Shown here: in pieces, positions 31,101 to 42,567 of the stretch
How positions within the stretch are numbered: position 1 is the stretch's first letter
Layout of the letters: each line of letters opens with the position of its first letter
NCBI RefSeq assembly: GCF_964204645.1
Contig: NC_134036.1
Location: 1,054,001-1,118,000, forward strand
DNA from: Tubulanus polymorphus
Taxonomy: Eukaryota > Animalia > Nemertea
Direction: 5' to 3'
DNA: 64,000 bases
The notes under the pieces: generated by a model
Seen by the model: the letters and a program-made list of their open reading frames with translations, nothing else
What the model was told of the DNA's origin: nothing
Databases searched by the model: none
Position numbers and translations under genes: made by a program

Positions 31101-34098
31101 TTGCGCGCGCGTTTTTCTAAGAAAAGAAATTTCGAAATATCGAAGTTTCGAAATGTCGCAGTCAACTCCGTAAAAACAGAAAATAATGCATGGAATTTAG
31201 GGAAGTTGAGAATTTCATCGATTGCTGAACAATTCTATTCGAGTTCGTTTGAAAACGGATGGACTTATTTGCAAAGAAAATTTAAAAGCTGCGAAATATC
31301 TCGGATTATGTTCGTAAAAAACTGGAAGAACTTCGTCGATTGTTTTGGATGCAAAATAATTCTATTCAAATTCTATAGAAAAAGAAGTGGACAAGAATTA
31401 TAGAGAAAAAAAAAGAAGTAGGATAAATTCATTGTTTTCGATTCAAAATCTTCCAACAACGTATTTTGACTGTTTTCACGGATGATAATGACCCAAAGTT
31501 CCACAGTTATAATATACAATGAAATGGAAGAAAGAGTGAAAATTTTAGAAATTTTGTTCTTGAGTTAAAACTGTATCAATTTATCTCGAGCCAAACGTGG
31601 AACGGAATTCAGGATATTTGTGGTTCCTAAAGAATCCATCAATAATTGGTCGATTTTAAGAGTCTCTCGCTCGTCTAAACAGGATTCATATCTAATGAGG
31701 CTTTTCCAGGTGTATTTTCATTCTCATTTTCTATCAGATTTCATCAATCATATTAGCAATGATAATTTGTACTCACTCCACGCGTCTTCAGGGTTACCGG
31801 TGCAACCAGTCGCGTCTGTTCTATCCCAAAGTGTAACTTCATGTACGACGTATTGAGCACCGAGATCAATTCTCATCCAAGCGTCTTGATCCTCATCAGT
31901 GTGACATACTTCAGCACCACCCGTCCCAGTATCCGTCTGACCATCTGTGCATTTATCGCCAGTCCCATGCCGCTTCAAATGGGATGACATAGTAACTGTT
32001 TTACCACGAGCCACGTTTCCTACAAAACACATTTTGTGTAGAATCGATTGAGTGCCAGTTTTTCAAAACGAACCTTTCTTTAGTGTTAGAGATTCAATTC
32101 AAATGCATCGAACTTGATTTCTTTTTTTCTGAACAAACATTTCATTTTTTTCCTCAATTCAAACAATTTGTGTTGGTCTTAGACTCGAATCACAGCAGTT
32201 CCCGGATGTTTGACATTTTCATGAACATAATGCATTTCAGTTCCGTTTTCCCTCATATGGGATTTCAATAAAAGCCGCTTCGCACGATGGATTAGTAGAG
32301 TTAATCCGTTTAACTCAGATAAATCAAACGGTCAGTGATATTTGACCTGACCCCGGTTTACTGGAGCAGAAACAGTTGATACAGAAAACTTACCGATTTG
32401 ACAAGCTGGTCCGGTCCATCCTGGTGGTGTCCAGGGATACGGAGTTTTTATTGTAGACTCACATGCAGTGTTATGATTTGGACACGTTAAAGCGCCATCT
32501 ATATTCTGACCCTTTATTGGACATATGTTCACGGCTGTATTACTGCAATGACACTCCCAACCAGTACAACTCTTCCCAAAACATTTTGCTGAAATAACAT
32601 TAACGAGATATTTTGCTGAAACAATCCTGCCAGTGACAGAGTTTCTTTCTGTAGTTCTTCTCTGGCTCTCAACCCCTGACAATTGATAGTTTGAATCCTG
32701 ACAGTGACAGAAATTCTTTTTGTAGTTGTACTCTGAGCTCTCCACCCCCGACAATTGATAGTTTGAATCCTGACAGTGACACAGTTTCTTTCTGTAGTTC
32801 TTCTCTGAGCTCTCCATCCCCGACAATTGATAGTTTGAATCCTGACAGCGACAGAGTTTCTTTCTGTAGTTCTTCTCTGAGCTCTCCACCCCCGACAATT
32901 GATAGTTTGAATCCTGACAGTGACAGAGTTTCTTTCTGTAGTTCTTCTCTGAGCTTTCCACCCCGACAATTGATAGTTTGAATCCTGACAGTGACAGAGT
33001 TTCTTTCTGTAGTTCTTCTCTGAGCTCTCCACCCCCGACAATTGATGGTTTGAATCCTGACAGTGACAGAGTTTCTTTCTGTAGTTCTTCTCTGAGCTTT
33101 CCACCCCGACAATTGATAGTTTGAATCCTGACAGTGACAGAGTTTCTTTCTGTAGTTCTTCTCTGAGCTTTCCACCCCGACAATTGATAGTTTGAATCCT
33201 GACAGTGACAGAGTTTCTTTCTGTAGTTCTTCTCTGAGCTTTCCACCCCGACAATTGATAGTTTGAATCCTGACAGTGACAGAGTTTCTTTCTGTAGTTC
33301 TTCTCTGAGCTTTCCACCCCGACAATTGATAGTTTGAATCCTGACAGTGACAGAGTTTCTTTCTGTAGTTCTTCTCTGAGCTTTCCACCCCGACAATTGA
33401 TAGTTTGAATCCTGACAGTGACAGAGTTTCTTTCTGTAGTTCTTCTCTGAGCTTTCCACCCCGACAATTGATAGTTTGAATCCTGACAGTGACAGAGTTT
33501 CTTTCTGTAGTTCTTCTCTGAGCTTTCCACCCCGACAATTGATAGTTTGAATCCTGACAGTGACAGAGTTTCTTTCTGTAGTTCTTCTCTGAGCTTTCCA
33601 CCCCGACAATTGATAGTTTGAATCCTGACAGTGACAGAGTTTCTTTCTGTAGTTCTTCTCTGAGCTTTCCACCCCGACAATTGATAGTTTGAATCCTGAC
33701 AGTGACAGAGTTTCTTTCTGTAGTTCTTCTCTGAGCTTTCCACCCCGACAATTGATAGTTTGAATCCTGACAGTGACAGAGTTTCTTTCTGTAGTTCTTC
33801 TCTGAGCTTTCCACCCCGACAATTGATAGTTTGAATCCTGACAGTGACAGAGTTTCTTTCTGTTGTTCTTCTCCGAGCCCTCCACCCCCGACAATTGATG
33901 GTTTGAATCCTGACAGTGACAGAGTTTCTTTCTGTAGTTCTTCTCTGAGCTCTCCATCCCCGACAATTGATAGTTCTACGTGTTAACAACTCTGGAACCA
34001 ATAAATTTATATTGATTTAACTCACCTGATGTGTTTGTGATGAATAAACATAGAATCAACAACAGCAAAAAACGAAAGATGTTTCTTTCACGATACAT
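22121..34098 (-). CDS. Receptor-type PTP-like gene, copy A: SP-[EGF-like/F-type lectin/EGF/FN3/FN3]-[EGF-like/F-type lectin/EGF/FN3]-FN3-membrane-proximal domain-TM-PTP D1(C>G)-PTP D2
   Basis: SP exon 34026-34098 (MYRERNIFRFLLLLILCLFITNTS). Lectin exons ~31776-32018 + ~30889-31116 and 28635-28853 + 27793-28020. TM exon 25720-25865 (IIGGVVAAVLILLLVAVVLLIVW). D1 motifs KNRFPNIL, DYINAN, WRMIWQE, KCHRYWP, WPDHGVP, HGRAGAGRTG. D2 motifs KSRYKDILP, FINA, DFWQMIFD, WPED, HCMDSTTRTG. Last exon 22121-22195 ends ...DTYVNLS*. The exons I checked are open and phase-compatible. Confidence 0.85.
32626..33975. repeat. 71/72-bp minisatellite, ~19 copies, in the intron after the SP exon of copy A
   Basis: Unit GACAGTGACAGAGTTTCTTTCTGTAGTTCTTCTCTGAGCTTTCCACCCCGACAATTGATAGTTTGAATCCT; the central copies are identical. 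Confidence 0.97.
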
Positions 34099-36029
34099 TT
34101 TGTTCATCTGAAATGACGCAATCTAATATCACTTATTTATAGTCATGTGATTAACTCACTTTTATATATGAAAATTACGCAGTTGAGAATAACAAGAATA
34201 TTTTCAAGGGGGGGGGGGAGGTGGCCAGAACACAACATCGCGGGCCTCAGAGTTAGAAGTAGGTGTGTTATAAATGAAACAAGAAAAAACAAATCTTTGA
34301 AAAGTAAAAAGAAAATTTATCAAAAATGAAAAAAATAAACTTCAATTCATTGTGTTCTTGTTAAACACGATAGACTGGGCCCCCTTTCATGTAAAATAAG
34401 ACAAACCATAGGTTTTTCCCGCGTTAAAAAAAACAGGTCTCAGATGAATGAACGTAGATATTAAAGGAATGCGCATTATATGAGAAAGATTTATATACAC
34501 AATATTGAATACAGATATATCCAGGGGCAGAATATTTTAACCACGCGCAAAAAAAATCATCTAGACGTATCGGCCCCACTCCGCGCGGTTGCGCCATTGG
34601 CGGGATTTACGCGAAGCAGCAGAACACAAACACGGCCATTCTCTCAATTTTCAACGATAGAAATCGTGTGTACATTTCATTTATTTCGGCTGTTAGGGTT
34701 TTAAGGCACAATATAAGTTGATGATGTGATATGGCGATGTTAATTAATGATAATTCCGCAGTGAAGCTAGTCACGAACGGTGCCGATTGAGTGTACAGCT
34801 GCCAAAAACACTGAAATGTGCGTAGTTGCGTAACTATTTGCAGTGAATTGCAGACGAAACATGAAGCCTTAACGGCCGTTTAAAAAAAAATTATACCAAT
34901 CGCAATTGTAAAATAAAAATGAGATAGAACCTAAGTTAAATTTTGGCCATTTCTAAAATGTTATTACTAATTTTTAGTCAGTGCCGAACGTTTAGTTTTC
35001 CAACAATAATGAGGGGTGGTAGGTAGTCATGCAATTCAAGTCATCATTTATTACACGTTACCTCCGTGTTGTTGAAAATCTCGCGAGTCCTGGACTAAAC
35101 CCCAATGAACAATGTGATCTGTGTGCTGGCCACAAATGCACACAGATGACACTACACTACCCATTACACACTCCAGTACCCACAGTTTTCATATATCCAT
35201 CCAAATATTTAGAGTGTCTTTCTTCCTGGATATTAGTATCCGTAATATCTATATTTCCCATTTTTCAGTAGTTTAAGAACGTTAACAATAATATGGCTTG
35301 CGCGGGTTGAATTTTCTTGACAGTTTTCACGACCACTGATCTTTGATATGAGATAAGCGGTATTTTTCTGAAAAACTGTAACAAAACATATAAAATCATT
35401 TATGAAATACATGACCACTTGAGTTTGAGATAACGCAGCCCCCCACTGCGCGCCGCAACATGTCACTGAACATGGAACTTTGCTGGTGAAATTTTTTTGA
35501 ATGATCGATTTCACTTTCGTGAAAAATCTTCATTTCATTTCCTTTATAAAGGTGTATGTATAAAATAATTTATGTTGATCTGTTTAAGTGATGGTTCCAG
35601 GATGTTTGACATTTATCTCAATGATGAATTTCATTTCAGTTTTCCCCTTATAAGGACATTAAAATGAGACAAGCCATCGGGTTTTCCCCCATCGCACAAA
35701 ATAGGTCTCAGATAAATGTGGGTACTCATCGTCAGATGATAACGCCACCTATTGCTGCAGAATTAAAACCGAGATCACAGTGAGTTGTATTGCAGCAGTG
35801 AGGCTGCAACACGACGTTCAGCCATCTATATTTTCATGACAGATAATAAGATATAAAATCTAAAGGATATGAATAACAGAACAGTCTTGATCAAAGTTGT
35901 TTGAAAGTGTGGTTTATCGTAACCATTATTTGATATCACGATAGTTAGAGTGTGATTCTTTTTTGAAAACTAGGTCTCTGGGTTTTGAAACCATTCGTAA
36001 TTCATGGTAAGATCGAAAATCCATAAAAG

Positions 36030-36490
36030 CAAAAACAGTACATATCTCATTTTCTAATGAGTGTATATATTTATTATAGCGAACGTTTTCGGGAGTTACA
36101 TTATCCCCTCTTCAGGCATAGCGCAAGTGATTAAATTTACATATCATATTGGTATTTATATAGAATAAGACGAAGCTAATTACAAACAATTTCAAACCAT
36201 TCAGTGACAGTTAGTTATAATAAGAATAAAAGGTAATTAATGACATACGATCCAAATTACTGAATGACTCAACTTGACTAATAGTTAGTTATCTAAAAAC
36301 CCGTGTTCAAATAGTTGTTGATTGAGGGAGGGCTGTTGAGTTTTCATAAAACGTGCTTCTCTAATTTTGCAATCTAAATCAGAAAATGCTTAATCAAAAA
36401 TTTTGAAATTCACTAAACGAGACCTGATAATCACGGAAATTTGACAGATGTTGGCGAATTGCTGAAGTCTTTAGTTTATGCTCCTGTACC
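36030..36490 (-). mobile_element. Penelope-like retroelement 3' remnant (end of GIY-YIG region plus hammerhead-like motif)
   Basis: Broken frames give TSAIRQHL... and DLDCKIREARFMKTQQPSLNQQ. These are followed by CTGAAGA-GGGGA..CTCCC-GAAA-ACGTTC (~36079-36118) and AATAAA. Confidence 0.65.
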
Positions 36491-36662
36491 CGGTTTTATA
36501 GACAAATCATTGGTTTTTCCCCGTGTTACAAAAACAGGTCTTCGATGAATGAACGTAGATATTAAAGGAATGCGCATTTATATTAGAAAGATCAATATGC
36601 ATAATAATATTGAATATAGAAGTTTCCAGGGGCCGAATATTTTATTCGTTTCGTTTCGTTTT

Positions 36663-39600
36663 TTAATTATCTGCAGTCGCCGTTTTGTGGTTAACAGTTT
36701 GGGTGTAGACAAACTTCTGAGTGACGTAATTCTTAACACCAACTCTAACTTCATAATCAGTATATGGTTTTAATCCTGTAAGTGTGTGGCCGGTAGGTTG
36801 CGCCACTGTTGTGGTCCATGTTTGCCCGTTCAGTTGTTTATACTCGACTTGATAAACAGCTTTAGTGACGTCACACAGTAACTCTGCAGCAGTTAAAGCC
36901 TGCAATAGAAGAGATAATTCACCACATATTTTCATCGTGTGTCAGTGAAAGAGAAGGTGCATAAATGAGCATCAGGTGAATACATGTAATTGTGGTTGAA
37001 GCACACTTACGGTCCACGCAAGTATCAGATTGGTTGTCTGGAGCCGCGTGTTGCTGCTGTTCTCAACCGCTTTGGACACCACACGAACATCTTTAGGACC
37101 GTTTAATGGATCTACAGTAAAACAAACATTTTTAACACAATTCTGTGTTTGAATTGATGATTAAGAGTTTATTAGAATGAGAGGTTTTTACCTGCACACA
37201 AAGTCTGTACAGTTAGTACTGGACTAGTCAGACTCGCAGTTGATACAAGTTGACTGTTCACTAATTTCTGTAGTCTAACAGCTATCTTATACCCGGTATT
37301 AGGAGTTAAACCAGTAATTGTGTGATGTGTAAGGATTCCTGCAGTTTCCTGATTAGTCCAAGTGTTTTCTGATATCTTACGATAAACGACTTGATACTGA
37401 ACGCTGACAGTACCACGACCTGAATCTACTACAGAACCCGAGTAAGCTGTCCATCTGACTTTAACACTGTTATCTGTCAGTGCAGATTTTCTTAATTGAG
37501 AAAACAACTTCAATTCTGAAATTAGAAAATTCGATGTTAGTTTTAGATGGATCTTTCTTTAGTTCTTACTTTTGTCATTTCCATTCGGGATCAGATTTGA
37601 TTCATATCAATCATACTTAAGGAACAGCTAGGAATGAGATTCCCAGGAATCTATGAATCAGTGTAATATACCTGACTCGCACCACTTTCCGATGTAATTC
37701 TGTGAACAGCCAGATTCACAGATACCACTCAAATAGTCACAACTTTCACTGTTGTAACATGGATAACATTCGATCATACATCCAAATGAGTTCGATCCCT
37801 TACTGCAATCGCCGGGTGCTAAACAAAAAACCAAGAAATCCAAAGGTGATACGAAAAACTATTATTTTCATCTTTTCATCTTATAAATGTCCTTATTAGT
37901 CTCTCAATATTTCTGAATCAATGTCTTTATATAAAGATAAAGATCTTTTTCATACGCTCTCAATTTTTTATAGTTATGTAAAACTTACCGATATATTTGA
38001 ACCCGATAACTTCTATTTCTGCCAGGCCGAGAAACTCTCGCCTACCAATGTTCTTGTGTTGAACGGTGACGTATCGTCCAACTATAGGACGTGGGCTGCA
38101 TGATAATGTTTTATGTGTTCCACAGAGAGGGGGGCCCTGGTAAGCACATTTCTGGTTAGATGTAGAACTACTTGTTAAATCGCCATATTCATTTCCAACT
38201 CGAATCTCCAGGTTGCGTGCGCGTTTTTCTGAGTGAGAGAATAAAGATGCTTTGAATCATGAAAACAAAAAATAATGCACAAAATCCGGGAAGCTGAAAA
38301 TTGCTTTGGGTGCAAAACGATTCTGTTCAAGTTCTTTTGAAAAATAAGTAAGGGGCCGTGCATATAGAACGTTCGCTTGACTTCCGGTTATATTAACCCA
38401 TCCACTTCCCCTTTTTATACCCCCCCCCCACCTTGCGTACATACTTTTATGAGAGCCCCTTGTGAAACTGAATTAGTCAGGATCCATGCTCTAAACAAGG
38501 AAAAAGTCACCAGATTCCCACGACGAAGTGAAAGCAGAGAGTGGGAAATTCCCAGGAAATACCACGAAATATAGACATTTGTAAAAATCACATTTTGTTT
38601 GTCCAAAAGTATGTACACTTTGAGCTCCTCTCCTCCCCCCCCCCCCCCGCTAAGATGTTGAAACGTTGGAAAAATTGATTCAAGATTTTCCAATGACGCA
38701 TTTTCTACGAAGTTGTCATCCATGGATACCACAGACACATTGTTGTCGAACTGACTTTATTTACAGATTATTGATGACTGAGGGTTCAATATTTCAACTC
38801 ATCTCATAGAATCCATCAATGATTGGTTAGTTTTGAAGATATTTCATCTACTAGACGGAATTTATATCTAACGAGACTTTTCCAGTTAAAAGTTATATTT
38901 TTTTCAGATTTGACCGAAATAATCAATGAAATAATCAACATTAATAATTCGTACTCACTCCACGCGTATCTAGGGTGACCGGTGCAACCAGCCGCGTCTG
39001 TTCTATCCCAAAGTGTAACTTCATTTACCACGTATTGAGTTCCGAGATCAATTCTAATCCAGGCGTCTTGATCCGCTAAAGTGTGACACATTCCACTTAC
39101 CGTCTGACCATCTGTACATTCACTACCGGGATACAACGCAAAAGGGGATGACGTTGTAACTGTTTTACCACGAGCCACGTTTCCTACAAAACACATTTTG
39201 TGAATAAAAGATTTGAATTATTTCACGAATTTTCAAAACGAACAAAAACAAATTGATTCAAAGTTATTTCACAATTTCAACTAGAATTAAACAAAACTAA
39301 CATTTTTTTTTCTTTACGCGATGAAATAATTAAGAGTTGATCTCAGTTCGTCGACAGTTCCCTGGTGTTTCATAAATCTATGATATCTTTACTAATAGAT
39401 TTTTTCCAGCTTATGGATTAGTGACGTTAATCCGTATATGGATTAGTGTTAGTGTTATTCCGTTAATCTGAGATAAATCTAATGAAATTTACAACATTCA
39501 TTTGTATATTTTTTAGATTTATTTTTGTAAAGGCTTTTACGGAGTTAATCCGTAAATCTGATATAAATCCGAGGTTCAGTGATATTTGACCTGACCCCGG

Positions 39601-40139
39601 TTTACTGGAGCAAAAACAGAAAACTGACCGATTTGACAAGCTGGTCCGGTCCATCCTGGTGGTGTCCAGGGATACGGAGTTCTTATTGTAGACTCACATG
39701 CAGTGTTAGGATTTGGACACGTTAAAGCGCCATCTATATTCTGACCCTTTATTGGACATTGGTCCACGGCTGTATTACTGCAATGACACTCCCAACCAGT
39801 ACAACTCTTGCCAAAACATTTTGCTGAAATAACAAAAACTAGATTATCTAAAAAAATGTCCACTCACCAAACAATCCTGACAGTAATAGAGTTTCTTTCT
39901 GTAGTTCTCTGAGCTGTCCATCCCCGACAATTGATAGTTTGAATCCGGACAGTGACAGAGTTTTCTGGTCACATCTTACTGAGGTCTACTTTAAGGTGTG
40001 AAATGTCAAATCTATAATTTCTACGTTTTCAACAGCTCTGGAACCAATGAGTATTGATTAACTCACCTGATGTGTTTGTGATGAATAGACATAGAATCAA
40101 CAACAGCAGAAAACGAAAGATGTTTCTTTCACGATACAT
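36663..40139 (-). CDS. Ectodomain-only paralog (copy S), predicted secreted, ~513 aa: SP-EGF-like-F-type lectin-EGF-FN3-FN3. Exons: 40067-40139, 39629-39823, 38959-39183, 37989-38228, 37672-37818, 37192-37515, 37011-37111, 36663-36899
   Basis: Eight open, phase-compatible exons totalling 1542 nt. The donor after the last FN3 exon is GCAG|ataatt instead of the paralogs' GCAG|gtaat, so the frame reads through to ...TATADN*. AATAAA on - at 36641-36646. No TM or PTP exons lie between it and copy A. Confidence 0.7.
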
Positions 40140-42188
40140 TTTGTTTATCTGAATGACGCAATATGATATCGCTCACATAAATATGTGATTAACTTCCTTT
40201 GAATTTTCAAATAAATCATTTTAAAGGAAGTTTAAACTTTCAAAGTTCACAATTGCTAGTTTATTCTGTTCTGAAGGGGGGATAGAGGTAGGGAAGGAGG
40301 CCAGAACAGAACTTGAAGGGTCACCGTTTAACACGATGAGTCTTACAACCGAGAAAACAAATCTTTGGAAAGTAAAAAAGAAATTGTATCATCAAAAGAA
40401 AAATACACAGTTTAATTGATGGTGTTCTCACTGAACACGATAGACTGGGCCCCCTTTCATGTAAAATGAGACAAACTATAGGTTTTTCCCCCATATCAAA
40501 CAAAATGATTATAAATATAGAAATATAGTCTTAGATAAGTAGATACTACAAAAGAAGTGTAAATAAAAAACTATAGATTATTTCTAAACATGATATTGTG
40601 TGATCATTTAAAATCATGAATCATTACTTCCTAAATAACCCAGGACCCCACCTCTACATACTCTCCGCAAATAATATTTTCAGAAACAAATGTTGTAACA
40701 TAAAACTAGGGTTTGAGAAAAAAAGGTAAAGCGGGTATATGAATTGAAACCCAGAAAAGGAATTTGTGATATAAAATGTAGTATTTCTTTTTTCAGTTTT
40801 ATGAATTTCTGAATACAACCCAGTTCTTCGTGAAAATGAACTGGATCAATAACGGAGGAAATCGATTGATTAAGTAAGTTGGCCCATATGTAGTGTAGAT
40901 TAGAATAGTTTCATAGAATAGTAGTATCCGTAATATCTATATTCCCATTTTTTTCAGTGGTTAAAGATCATTATTAGTAATTATGGCTTGCGGTTGAATC
41001 TTTCGAATAGCTTTCACAACTGATGTTTGATATAAGATGAGCTTTATTTTTCTGGAAAACTGTAACAAAATATCATTTATATTTACAAGATACATGATAC
41101 ACTTGACCGCTTGAGACTGAGAAAACGCGTGTAGGGATTCCCCACTGCGCGTCGCCATGTCGCTGAACATGGAATTTTGCTTGCGATATCTTTCGGAATG
41201 ATAGATTGATAGATGATAGATAATAATCTATATTTCACTTCCTTTATAAATGGTGTATGGGACTGTAGAGCTAATTGATACACAATCAAAACTTGTGTTT
41301 CTAAAAAGAGTAGAAATTATCGTAACAAGGAAGGAACCTCGAGGGACCGCATAAAATGGCGCCTAGAAACTGGAACCGTCTTTATTATCAATCACTTATT
41401 TTTAATGACAGAGTTACCCCAAATGAACCTATCGTCTGCCATCATCAGTTGAGACATCATATTGCTGCGTGAGTCTTATTACAGCAGCCAGGCTGCATCA
41501 CGACGTTCAGCCATCTTTATTTCCATGACAAATAAGATACAAAACCTGAAGGAGCCCTGTATACTCGCCGACTGTAATTCCATAAATGAGTTCGTGCACG
41601 ACTTTCCTTTTGTAAAACAAATCAAGACAAAACTAAATATTAAACGCAAAAACAAACATCAAATTCAAATCAGTAAAAATCTACATATTTTATTCTAGAT
41701 TATGTAAAATATTCGAGTTCCTCATGAAAGTAGAATAAATCAGTTATATCTTGGAGTATCAGTCTGGTTACTCCAAGCTGTCAATTAGAATTTACGAGTT
41801 TTCGCTACTAGTGTAACACACGTATAGTAGTAACTTCATCAATAAACAGTGACCAACAGTACAATAATATTGATAACAAAGAACAATAAAATAACGAATA
41901 AAACCAGAATATTTTATAGAATATCATGTATTGCTTACATTATAATTGATACGATGAAAATAAAATTCATTCATTTATTAAAATCTATATCGAGGAGATA
42001 AATCAGAATTACTATAATACAAGTCTTCTTTATATTTCATAAGCTGTCAATCAATCTCTATAAGCTGTCACTCTATTTTATAAGCAGTCACGATGAAACC
42101 GCAGTAATCGTGGAGTAGGGCTATAGGTCTATATACGAAAGCTACGTTAATCGTTATGTACAAGAAATACGTGTATATTTTATATAAA

Positions 42189-42409
42189 ATAAGTAACGAG
42201 ACGAGTAGCTCTGTATAGGTTAACTTTTTATTTGACGCACGAGGATTTCGCTACTAATGAATAGAAGTTTCATCAGGTGAATGGGTCCTGATGAAGTTTC
42301 TATTCATTAGAAGCGAAAGCTCGTGCGTCAAATAAATAGTTAACCTATACAGCACTACTCGTCTCGTTACTTATTTTAAACCTGGTTAACACGGCTACTC
42401 TACGAATAC
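42189..42409. mobile_element. Inverted-repeat insertion with two hammerhead-like motifs (Penelope pLTR-type remnant)
   Basis: ~92-bp inverted arms (42185-42277 and 42287-42378), each containing CTGATGA-stem-GAAA. Flanked by TTTATATAAA direct repeats. The paralogous site at ~54730-54739 is empty. Confidence 0.7.
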
Positions 42410-42567
42410 TTTATATAAAGCAAAGGAAATGCGATTTAGTTGCAAACCGATGCACCAAGTTAGTTCACACTTTTATTCCTTCAGTTCCAAAACTCAAGTC
42501 TTATTTTAGTTGTTGTTTTTAGATCTATCAAAATGATTTCTTCATTTCTTCTCTTCAAGTTGTAGTT

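Noticed and set aside
32626-33975. CRISPR-like array (also considered for 19276-19562)
   Set aside because: The units are contiguous with no unique spacers, the CArG repeats are only 10 bp, the context is eukaryotic, and there are no cas genes.
32332-34001. Three long overlapping ORFs (544, 490 and 381 aa), and similar ORFs at 53039-53549
   Set aside because: They are translations of a stop-free 71/72-bp intronic minisatellite; only the last ~65 codons of the 544-aa ORF are a real exon.
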